In this document: piece by piece, positions 52,453 through 64,000 of the stretch | Layout of the letters: each line of letters opens with the position of its first letter | Position numbering within the stretch: the stretch's first letter is position 1 | NCBI GenBank assembly: GCA_951406725.2 | Contig: OX597814.1 | Location: forward strand, 85,684,001 to 85,748,000 | DNA: 64,000 nt | Direction of reading: 5' to 3' | From: Octopus vulgaris | Taxonomy: Eukaryota | Notes under the pieces: generated by a model | What the model was told of the DNA's origin: nothing | The model's database searches: none | The model's input: only the letters and a program-made list of their open reading frames with translations | Program-made: the position numbers and the translations under genes

Positions 52453-53834
52453 AAACCATTACAATAATGCAGGCTACAATGTACCGTGAATTAAAAATTC
52501 ATGCAATATTTCCATCATATTACGGTTCCTGCTGCTACTACTGCTGCTTCTGTTGCTGCGGCCATTGTTGCTATTATTGTTCTTTAATCCCAGGTCGGCT
52601 CTGATTGAGTAAACTAATGTTGAAAAGGCATTCCAGCCACGACCGTCTTGTCATTAGAAATACATTAAATAAAGTTTTTTTTTTATGATTAAAGCGAGAA
52701 GTATTTCTTTTTTTGTTTTATTTTCAGAGTGCCTTAGTCGCTGTTTCTAGTAGAACGAGTGACCCCATAGATTCACCCTCATTGCCTCATTATTAGAGTG
52801 TCGTTGGTGGGGATGGACCAAGAGATAGTACAGCAGTTTAGATTATCCAACAGGTTTTGGGAGAGATGTTTGCGCAGTATTCAGTCTAGCTCTTCTAATG
52901 ACATTGCATCTCGATTGTGCTATTTGTTTACATTTCAGATCCCTCCTCAAAACGACCCTAGATCATCAAAGGAAGGGGCTTTCATAATCTTGATGGTATG
53001 TCCCTTCAAACTGTAATACAAACTGTGGGGTTATTGCAAACTTGTGACTGATAGATTTTCGTTCTACTAGGTGTCTTTTATTACAGTATCGCTCGCAGTT
53101 CGTGTTTTGGGGCAATTAATTTGCCCGGTAATGCCTCATGTCATCACTTTCCGTAGACATTGGATAATTTATCGCAAAGTTGCAACTGGTGGCTCGTGAA
53201 CTTATTATTAACCTTGCTCTTAATGATAATGTCTAGCTGTCCAAGAGAGGTAATCCATTTTGATTGTCTCTTCATACTATGATCCATCTCCGCTACTATC
53301 ATTTGTTCGCGATTGGTAATCGCAGCACAATATAGCAGAACATTCAATGTTCAAAAGATGGGATTGTTAATCTCTGCTAACTTTTCTTTAGCTATTTGAT
53401 CTATTGAGAATAACACTAGGTTGGTCCTTTTTGTATCGATTAGTGTAATGAGACAAATAACCAAGAAATCAAACAACTTTTTCGCATTTCAGCTTTATAG
53501 ATATTGATGCAAGCATTGATTCATTTCAAAAGTTCATCCAGTCATGATGTATATATTAGTAATCCTATGTGTTGAGTTTCAGTTAATTTTGACGCTTGGT
53601 TGCTACTATGATTCTGCATGAGAAAAATGTGCTTCTTCGCATTTATTCAAAGATAACCAATTTATTTGCTAGGCTTGCATTAATGGCAAAAATTCTAGGG
53701 GATAGTACTCAACGCAGAGAGATGTATGTTCCCCTTATACCGATGTGACTGACTTTGACGCCATTTTCTATTTATTATGCAAGAACGTCTACGTATATAA
53801 TATATATATATATATATATGCGTGTGTGCTGTGC

Positions 53835-53904
<70 letters not shown>

Positions 53905-55627
53905 GCATGTAGATATTGCATGAATTACCAAAATATGAAGATTTGAAAACAGATAACAAGAATACGGGAACTGAAATACATCCTCCACTTACTGTTTTGT
54001 TATGTTTATGGTCAAATATCTTTTGTGATATTACATCAGTGTCTCTACAGCTGGGAAATGTGTGCCAGTTATCATTTGGAAATGTTAAATGCGATAACCT
54101 TCAATGCTGGATACAGAGAGAAAAGAGAGAGAGGGAGAGACAGAGAGAGGAATAGATAGACACAGATTATCGCACAAACGCGCGAAACTTTGAGAACCGA
54201 ACGCTGGCTTTATGGCACCTTGTAGATTCCGAAAGAGGATTAGTTCTAAGATGTAACTCCAACCCCCAAACTCCCAAACATACCCACACACATAGCGCAT
54301 TTATAGGAATACATTTTTTTTATATATATATATTCCATGTGATGATGTATATTTTCCTTCCATTCCTCTTTCCAATCGGGTGACATGATTAAGGAAAACA
54401 GAATCGGCAGAGACACCAAATAAGAAAACTATATTTACATGAAAACACAGAGTTTCACAGAGTTCCCAGAAGAAAAAGCAAAAAACCAAAGAATTCGCAC
54501 ACAGACAAAAGCAACCATAAAAAGTAAATATAAAACGCAAATAAATATAAATATAAATATAAGAAGTAAAAAGAAATATTTATAAGAATGAAAACAAATT
54601 ATTTCGTTCTGTAGTCGATGTAAACATCAATCAATTTATATATTATATTTTGCTTCTTTTTTTTCCCGGTATTTTGTTTTCGCAAGTTCTTTCCGCATCA
54701 ACCCCACGACGCGCGCACATACACTCGCACTCATACATACACGCATGTAAAACGCAAGTACAAACAAAACTCATTCATATGATTATAAATGCATATACAC
54801 GCACTTGCAGACATATTCACGCACGCACATAACACGCACATACATATAAAGCGCATATAAAGTATATGTGTGTGTGCGTGCGTGTGTGTACTTGTGTATG
54901 TCTGTCTATATGTACATATGTATGTATATATGTATATATGTGTGTGGGTTTGTGTGCGTGTATGTGTTTATATATGTACGTATGAATATATACGGTGTAC
55001 ATATATTTATATATAGGTTTATATATGTAATGTGTGTTTGAGTGCGCATATATATATATACACACACATAATCATCATCATCATCATCATCATTATCATC
55101 ATCATCGCTACCGTCGTCGTCGTCATCATTGTCAGAACTGCCGTCGTCGTCATCGTCATCATTATCCAGTGAACGGTAGTCAACACGGGTCGTTGACTTT
55201 TGCAAGAGATGAGGGTGAGATAGAAGTTATCTTCAGCTGAGTGGCCCAGAGCAACGCGAAATGAAATACTGTTGCCTAAGAACTCAAAGCGCCACCCTGA
55301 CGTTGAATCGAACCCACAGACTTACGATGGTGAATCCAAGAATCCAATAGCTCAACCACTTGACCACACACATTTTCAAATACACACCAGAGCAAAGCTC
55401 GCACGCGCACGCACACACACGCACTTTTGTGAGATACGCGTGTGCATGTATGTGTGTATATATCTATGTACATGTATGCATATATACCCATATATATTTA
55501 TATATATATATGGGTACATATATGAGTATATATGTATATATATAACTACCCATATATATATATACATACATTCATTCATACATACATACATATATATATA
55601 TACATAAATACATACATACATGCATGC

Positions 55628-55658
<31 letters not shown>

Positions 55659-55664
55659 CATACA

Positions 55665-55698
<34 letters not shown>

Positions 55699-56278
55699 CA
55701 TACATGCATACATACATATAATATACATACACACTTGTTTACGCTTTTTTGAGAAAATGTAGTACTTCTAGAGTTGCTGTTACTGTTTTTCTTCTTGTGG
55801 TGGTGGTAGTAGTAGTAGTGGTGGTGGTGGTGGTGGTGGTTGGGGGGCTGTGGTTGTGGTTGTGGTTGTGGTGGTGGTGGTGGTGGTGGTGGTGATAGTG
55901 GTGTTAGTCGTCGTCGTCGTCGTCGTCATCGTCGTGCTAGTGATGGTAGTGGTGTTGGTGGTCGTAGTGGTGGTGGTTTTGATGATGTTCCTTGCGTGCT
56001 GCAGGTAATGTTTGTTGACATCGGTTTGTTGTTGATATTTTTCTCTCGCAAAATTAATTTCCGAAATGATGTTTTCCTACGCACGCACACACATACACAC
56101 ACAAACACACTTATAACACACACACACGTCTCTGTATGTCTTTAAACATAAATATATATATCTATCTGTATGTATGTGCGTAAATATGTATGTACGTGAG
56201 TGTGTCTGCGTATGTATGCGTTTACTATTCCTGAACTGAATGCGCAGGTACATTCGCATGCATGCATACATACATACA

Positions 56279-56311
<33 letters not shown>

Positions 56312-56672
56312 GCGTATATATATATATATATATACGCATATATGTATGTATGTATATATATATATATGTATATATGTGTGTATGTGTGTGTGTGTGTCTG
56401 TGTGTATACACACACTCACACGCACACACACATACAATATGCGAATGCGTACGTATGTGTATGAGTGTGTGTGAGTGCGTTTTTACAGTTATGTAAATAT
56501 ATTTGAAAATATTGATGCAGAAAATTTAAGAAAAAAATTTACTAACCGTTTGTGGTGTGAGTGTAAAAGTATACCAAAACATATCATATATATGTATACG
56601 TATATGTCTGTATATACATAAATACATACATATATATATGTGTGTGTGTGTGTGTAAATGTATGTATGTATG

Positions 56673-56705
<33 letters not shown>

Positions 56706-56982
56706 TTGTGTGTGTGTATATGTACGTATATGTACGGATGTATATGTGTGTATGTATGTGTTTACATAATATATTTGTTTGCACATGCCTAATTACGCAA
56801 GTGTATGCGTGCATGTATTTGTATAGATGTATGCAAATTTACAAAATAAGATTGCTATTTTTCGCATTAAAATACAATACAAAAGCCACGTGAAAGAAAC
56901 AAGCGAAGATATGAGAGAAAGAAAGATACATACATACATGCATACATACATACATACATACACACATACATATATATGTATG

Positions 56983-57035
<53 letters not shown>

Positions 57036-57752
57036 ATGTATATGTATGTATGCACGTATGTATGTATGTATGTATGTATGTTCGTACGTACGTACGTATG
57101 TATGTATGTATGTATGTATGTATGTATGTATAATTGAGGGAGTGGTGGGTCGGAAATGAATGAGAGAGAAGAAAAAACGGAATGGGAGAATGGAAAACAT
57201 AAAAAGAAATGCTGAAAATATTGAATAAAAAACTGTGATGATCGATGTTTTTCGTCTACCCTGACATTCTTTCAAACAGCAATGGCATATTCTCAGCCGC
57301 AAACCGTTCTTCAGGTCAAAAATACAATCGCAGGTGTGAAGTACACACGTCATGCATATTTTCTGACCAGGTTTTGTTCACACTTCTCTGCCATTACGAC
57401 CTGGTAGCTTCAGGTAAACGTAACCTGCTTACCAATACGTCTTAACATTCATCATTTACAAGTAGCAAGGGCTTCTTTTTTTATATTTTGTAAGAGAAAC
57501 AAACCGAAAGGAAAAATTTATAAATAAATAAAAAGAAATTGGGAAAGAAACGAACGAAAAAAAGCCTGAAAATATAGTATATCAAAGATGGCGGACTGGA
57601 TACTTCGAATTTGTAGAAAATATCGTCTGCTTGGATATTCCTCTGATGTATAAGGATACGTTTATATTTCATTAAAAAAATGAATTTGCAATGTCCAACT
57701 ATATTTTGTTTGATTGCTTGTGTATATATGAAGGCGTGCGTGCTTGGGCGTA

Positions 57753-57807
<55 letters not shown>

Positions 57808-58264
57808 ATGTGTGTGGGTGTGTGTGACTGAAAAATCACTGGCTTACCTAAGACAACCAATCTGTCAAGTGCAACAACATTCATCTTCCATTTTCAACGA
57901 TGTTCTGACATAAGTAGAGAGATGCGCTTGCACCCGGATAGTCATTTTTTGAAGGAAAAGCATACGTTAGACAATGATTTTCCAGATACACTATGTTTGT
58001 GTTGGTCATGGCTGGAATTCATTTGATCATTAGTGTTAATTTGGAACAAGACATTAACAATGCGCATACTCAAGCCATCTCTACACATCCCCCAGGCCCC
58101 TAACCCTGTACACACACACACACACGCACACGTATATGAGCATATGTCTGCATGTGTGTGTGTATATATATATGTATAATTATATATATATATATAATTA
58201 TATATATATATATATATAAAGATATATATATGTATATATATATATATATAAAGAAATATATATG

Positions 58265-58295
<31 letters not shown>

Positions 58296-59181
58296 ATGTA
58301 TGTATGTATGTATACACACACATATGTATATATACATATTATATACGTATACATTATATATATATTTAAGTGTATGTATGAGTGTGTATACGAATGTGTG
58401 CGCGCGCGCGTGTGTGTGTGTGTAGAAAAATGTAATGTTCACTCCGGTCACATCATTATTCACTACCTTTCTCTCAAAAAGTATCACATCAGCTCACAGT
58501 ATTCTTCCATTCGATTTCCCTATTTTTCTTCCCTTAAACAGGCATACAATCCGTAACAAGTTCTGAATCAACATAATTAAAATTCACTAATTTGAATATC
58601 GCGATTTATCTTCCTCTTCCTCCTCTTCCACCACCACCACCACCACCACCACCAACTCCTCCTCCTCCTCCTCCTCCTCCGCTTCCTCTTCCTCTTCCTC
58701 TCCTTCCCCCTCCTCCTCACACGTACTCACATCGTCTTAAAGGAATAGACCTTTTCCACATTGGATAATGTAATTCTGGTGTATATTATACCAGAAAAAT
58801 CACATCTCGAGTGGAATACTGACCAAACGGAGGCTGGTTGTCTTAGTTTCGTCGATCGGATCTGCTTATCAGAGGGCTAAAACATCGACGACAATAACAC
58901 CACAACCACAGTTTTCACCATTAATTCCACCACCACCATCACCACCACCACTCCCAACAACAACAACTACGACAACAACATTAATCACCAAGACGATGAT
59001 AAAATCAATAGTAAGTGACGGTGGCAGTGGTTGTAGTTGTGATCGTGATCGTGATTGTGGTTGCTGTCATGTTGTTAACGTTGGTGGCGGTAGTGTTAGT
59101 TGTCGTGGTCATCATTATAGCAGATGTCGTGATGCTGGTTGTGGTAGTGGCCGTTGTGATGGTGGTAATTCGATGGTGGAA

Positions 59182-59413
59182 GGCGGCGAGCTGGCAGAAA
59201 CGTTAGCACGCCGGGCGAAATGCGTAGCCGTATTTCGTCTGAAGTTACGTTCTGTGTTCAAATTCCGCCGAGGTCGACTTTGCCTTTCATCCTTTCAGGG
59301 TCGATAAATTAAGTACCAGTTACGCACTGGGGTCGATATAATCGACTTAATCCGTTTGTCTGTCCTTGTTTATCCTCTCAGTGATTAGCCCCTTGTGGGT
59401 AGTAAAGAAATAG
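59182..59413 (+). mobile_element. SINE family A, young copy
   Basis: Near-identical to 978-1210. Confidence 0.85.
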
Positions 59414-60640
59414 GTAATTCGATGGTGGTAACTAGTGAAGGCGCATGGCTTATTGGTTAGGGATATTCGGCTTGCGATCGTAAGGTAATTAGCTCGATTC
59501 TTGGCCGCACGCTGTTTCCTTGAGGAAAACACTTTATTTCTCGTTGCTCCAGTTCACTCACCTGATAAAAATGGGTTGTACCTGTAATTGAAAGGGCCAG
59601 CCTTGTCACATTTTGTATCACTGAATCTCCCAAAGAACTACGTTAAGGAGTACTCAGCCGCTTGCAGGTTAACTTTCACGAGCAGGCTCTTCCGTTGATC
59701 CTTTCATCTGGAACACTCGTCGTCGTAACTGACAGAATCCTGATTAACTCGACCTGTTAAAGTTAACTACCAAATCTCCCTCAAATAGTGCCCTAAATGA
59801 TGAAAAAATGGGGAAGGATACACTGGATGATGTAGGCCTAGATAACTGCTGAGAAGACAGAATGATCACAGCCAGAATATTTTTGATCATAAATCTGTTC
59901 GATCAGAGATGACAAAGGGTTAAACAAAAATAGTAATAATAACTGTCAGCAGCAGCGGCACTAATAATTCTACTAGTATCACCATGTCCACTACAACCAC
60001 CACCATTGCCACAACCGCTACCACTACCGCCATCGCAACCACAATCACCATACCACCACTTCTACCACCATTATTACTACAACCTTCGCCACCACTATAA
60101 CCACCATTACCATTACCACTATAATCACCTTCCCCACTATCACTACAATAGCGTCCACTATAACCACCATCACCGCCACCTCTATCACCAACACCACTAC
60201 AACCTCCTCCACCACAACCACAACCATCGCCACCATCATCACTACAACCTCAGCCATCACAACCATTGCCACCAACACCATCATCACCACTACCACCAAT
60301 ACGGACAGCAACAGTGCTAATGTGTCCAGACTGTCCCATTGTGTCACATACGAAAAAGTAAAACATGTCGGATTTTGATGTAAATGTTTGTGGATAAGAA
60401 AACCACCGATAACAGTATTTCCACTTGTAATGACACCAACTGCAACACCACGAACAATAGAAACAATAGCATCACCCACCTTAAAACATACTCTGGCAAC
60501 AAATAACAGAAACAACAGCAGCAACAGCAACAACAACAACAACAACAAAAAAAACAGCAGCAGCAACAGTAACAAATTTGAGGCTATTGCTAGTCTAAGG
60601 CCGGTTGCAGCCACGCTGCATTAATTGTTCTATGACAATA

Positions 60641-60856
60641 AGGCAGCGAGCTGGCAGAATCGTTAGCGCGCTGCACGAAATGCTTAGAGGCATTTCGTCC
60701 GTCGCTACATTCAGAGTTCAAATTCCACCGAGATCGACTTTGCCTTTCGTCCTCTCGGGATTGATAAATTAAGTACCAGTCAAGGACTTGGGTCGATGTG
60801 ATCGACTTACTCCCTCCCAACAAATTTCTAAACGTGTGCCTATATTAGAAAGGATT
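60641..60856 (+). mobile_element. SINE family A
   Basis: Family motifs. Confidence 0.8.
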
Positions 60857-61901
60857 AATTATTCTATGATAATCCATTCCAGCAGAATCCGACTGGAAGA
60901 CTTTAGAGTTTAAAGAGGAGGAAAACCATTTGAAAGTAACGGTTCGTTGTAACCATGCAGCGTTTTGGCAGCTCGCAAGTCATCCACGGCCAGATATGTT
61001 ATTGGTATTTATACACTGAAAGAGGTTGCTGTCGTCCGTGGTAAATGTTCTCTAAGGAGATTCCTTGAAAGTGGTTTGTAAATACTGAATGCCCTCATCT
61101 AAAATTAATATTAATGGCTGTCGGGAATGGTTGAAAGAAATAATGCTGGTTTCAGTTAAATATGCGTTTCTATGCGTCATGGAACTTTACGAACGCCTGG
61201 TAGAAGTGAGGAATTTAAACTCCATCATGGATTAAGTCGGTGAGGGGGATGAGGCGTGATGGAGGTGGTGATGGTGGTGTTGGTGGTGGGGGTAATGGTG
61301 GTAGAGGGGGTAATGGTGGTGGTGGTGGTCGTCGTCGTCGTCGTTCTCGTCTTTGTGGTCGTGGTAGTAGTTGTAGTCGTCGTCACGTGAAGGTCATAGT
61401 GGTGGTGATGATAGTGGTGATGGTGTCTAGTGATGTACAATATTGATAGTTGTGTTGAGACATATACAGAAAGGCAGACAACTAATCTCTACTAACGCCC
61501 ACTATGCTGTATTTTACGCTACAACACAAGCAAAAGTGCAAACAGGAAGCATAGCTTTGTATGCATGCCTAAACTTCGTATCAGGCAAATCTACACGTGT
61601 TGAGTAATTTTTTCCACTTATTTGTATTTCAAAACGTTTATGTAAATGTGTGTGTGCGTGTGTGTGTGTGTGTGCATGCGAGCGTGTGTGTGTGTGTGGT
61701 AAAGGCACAGGTTCTTTTCCAGGACTTTTCTTATCCTTTCCTCTTTCATCTTTTTGACGAATAGCCATACTCGAAAATTCACATCTCTTTTTTGCCATCT
61801 TAAGCTTCCTCTGAGCGTTAATCTAATAAATTCACTCTCTATGACCTTTGAGTTTTGTTGTTTTTCTTATTTTTGTTTTTATTTTTTTTGTTTTTACCTG
61901 T

Positions 61902-61937
<36 letters not shown>

Positions 61938-61941
<4 letters not shown>

Positions 61942-62463
61942 CATGCAGGAAGTAAATAGACACCTTTAATTTTCAAAATTTCTGATCTAAGCGTTTTCAG
62001 CAGTGTAGGAATTTACGATGTAATTATTCTTTTTCATTTCAGGTGCCATTTGCGAAGAGTAACCATTCCACGCACAAAAAATTCTGCACAACTGTCAGAT
62101 TTTCAAAGAGGTCGTATTGTTGGGCAATCTTAGGCAGCGAAAAATTGCCGAAAATCTTAAAATTCCTCTGGCTACTGTTAATAGAATTATAGTGCAATTC
62201 AAAAGCTAAGGAAAAGAATCAACAGATTCTCCTCCCAGCCGACCTGGGCCCTCGGAAAGGGAGCTTCGCTGTTTTAAGAGAATTGTGAAAAACGAACCCC
62301 GTTCGAAGGATTCTGACATGGCAAAACAGCTAGAAGTTAGTCCAAGAACGTGTGTTACATATCTGCATAAGCTTGGACGAGCATCTAGAAGAGAATCTCT
62401 CCTTCAACCAATTAAAATCAAATAAGAAATTTTTGAAAATTAAATTTCTTTCCTGCATGCCTG
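61938..62463 (+). mobile_element. Tc1-type transposon, internally deleted
   Basis: TA-CAGACATGCAGGAAG / TTCCTGCATGCCTG TIRs; AQLSDFQRGRIVGQ..RKIAENLKIPLATVNRII HTH remnant. Confidence 0.8.
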
Positions 62464-62689
62464 TGTATATGATGTTGATCATCGCCTCATCCTGTCAGAA
62501 GACAGCCGTTTCACATTCACCCTGGCTGTTCTGATTTACTTTCATCCTTACATGTGCGCGGATATCCCTTGCCATAGGACGTATGAAATACAAAACAGAT
62601 CAAGAAATGAAATGATGGTGAAACATCGGTACGTCATTGGACTTAAATGACAAAAGTTTGTGCAACACTCTTTCCACTCTCTCGGTTGC

Positions 62690-63060
62690 TGTAGCAGTAT
62701 AAGATACTGCTTGAAGAAACTTTAGTCGAATGAATCGACCCAGTACTATCGTTCTCTTTTTGCCGAACCGCTAGGTTACGGGGACGTGCACGCACCGACA
62801 CCGATTGCCAAGCGGTACTCGGGGTCAAACACAGACACAAGCACACATACGCGCACACACATACACACACACACATGTATGTGTATGTATATACGACAAG
62901 CTTCTTTCAGTTTCCGTCTACCAAATCTACTGACAAGGCTTTGGTCGGCTCCAGGCAATAGTAGAGGATACTTGTCCAAGGTGCCACGCAGTGAGACTGA
63001 ACTGCCAGAACCATGTGATCGGGAAGCAAGATTCTTTATCACACAGTCATGTCTGCGCCT
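62690..63060 (-). mobile_element. SINE family B
   Basis: Family motifs. Confidence 0.75.
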
Positions 63061-63163
63061 TTATATAAACTGCAAACAGCTTCTGCCTGCAGTCACGAAT
63101 TGTCCAGCGCGAAATGCAGCCTCGAGTGCAGCTCAGAGTAGACTGTCAATTTTTCCTATAATA

Positions 63164-64000
63164 GGAGGGGCGTTCAATAAGTAATGCCCCTGACCCACTT
63201 GCAGTTGTTTGATCTAGCTGAAATTTTGCATGTGCACTGAACTAATTGTGGTTTATGATTTACAGGTGTTTGAACTGAGTCAAGTGTGAAATGGAGCCTG
63301 TTGAGTGTCGAGCAGTGATCTGGTTTTTGTATTTGAAAGGACGCACACCACGGGAGACTTTTGATGAAATGAAAGTAACTTATGGTGATGATGCCCCATC
63401 ATATGACCTTGTAAAACGCTGGCATTGTGAATTCAAACATAGTCGGAACTCTGTGGAAACAGCTCCCAGATCTGGTCGCCCCCTTCTGCCATTGATGAGA
63501 CGTCTGTCCGTCAAGTTGAGGCTGACATTTTGGAAGGTCAACGCATAACTATTCGCCAAATAGCCCATAAGGTCAAGATTAGTACCGGGTCTGTGGAAAC
63601 TATCATTCATGACCATTTGCATATGCAAAAGGTGTCTGCCAGATGGATTTCCAGGTTGCTCACACCTTTCCAGAAGCAAGAACGCGTTGAGTGCTCGAGG
63701 ATGAATTTGGAGATGTGCCAAGAAGATGAGTCAAAATTTTTCAAAAGACTGATTACACAGGATAAAACCTGGGTCCATCACTATGATCCATAGACCAAAG
63801 CCCAGTCAATGCAGTGAAAGCACCTTGACTCACCTCCTCCAAAGAAGGCAAGGGTGCAGCCCTCCGCTGACAAGGTTATGCTCACAGTCTTCTGGGACCA
63901 GGACGGAGTAGTGATGACAGATTTCCTGGCAAAGGGTACCACAATTACAGGAGCCTATTATGCTTCACTTTTGAGGAAATTAAGAGAAGCTACCAAAATC
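63164..64000 (+). mobile_element. mariner transposon with pseudogenised transposase, running off the window end
   Basis: TA-GGAGGGGCGTTCAATAAG TIR; RAVIWFLYLKG..VKRW..PRSGRP, KVSARWISRLLT, ITQDKTWVHHYDP; frameshift and stops. Confidence 0.9.

Noticed and set aside
52798-53347. Two short non-repetitive ORFs
   Set aside because: No recognisable motif or consistent splice sites; neighbouring frames contain stops
57245-57445. Cluster of CAGGT motifs and a small hairpin (miRNA or enhancer candidate)
   Set aside because: Hairpin too short for a pre-miRNA; motif enrichment cannot be separated from chance by eye

Overview
AT-rich eukaryotic non-coding DNA saturated with microsatellites ((TA)n, (CA)n, (CATA)n, (TAA)n, (GATA)n, (GAY)n). 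The three abundant tRNA-derived SINE families and the microsatellite load point to a cephalopod (Octopus-like) genome; this is an inference. No intact protein-coding gene is present, and nearly all listed ORFs are microsatellite translations. Two isolated exon candidates suggest the window may be intronic. Decayed transposons include an R4/Dong-type RLE retrotransposon in (TAA)n, RLE tails in (CATA)n, a Penelope-like (PLE) GIY-YIG fragment, RTE-type LINE tails, a Gypsy LTR element, DD37D maT, Tc1, mariner and a non-autonomous Helitron. The main signal is a dense set of hammerhead-ribozyme (HHR) motifs in non-coding elements inserted into (TA)n. (1) A near-identical 490-bp unit with a complete type I HHR lies as an inverted-plus-tandem array (22454-23987), resembling a retrozyme/circRNA copied by twin-primed rolling reverse transcription. 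(2) A related fold-back carries two divergent HHRs (36688-37270). (3) Several minimal PLE-type HHRs occur. (4) Several motifs have the three HHR strands in a non-circularly permuted order (best at 50791-50855). All structure calls were made by eye; none was computed or tested.
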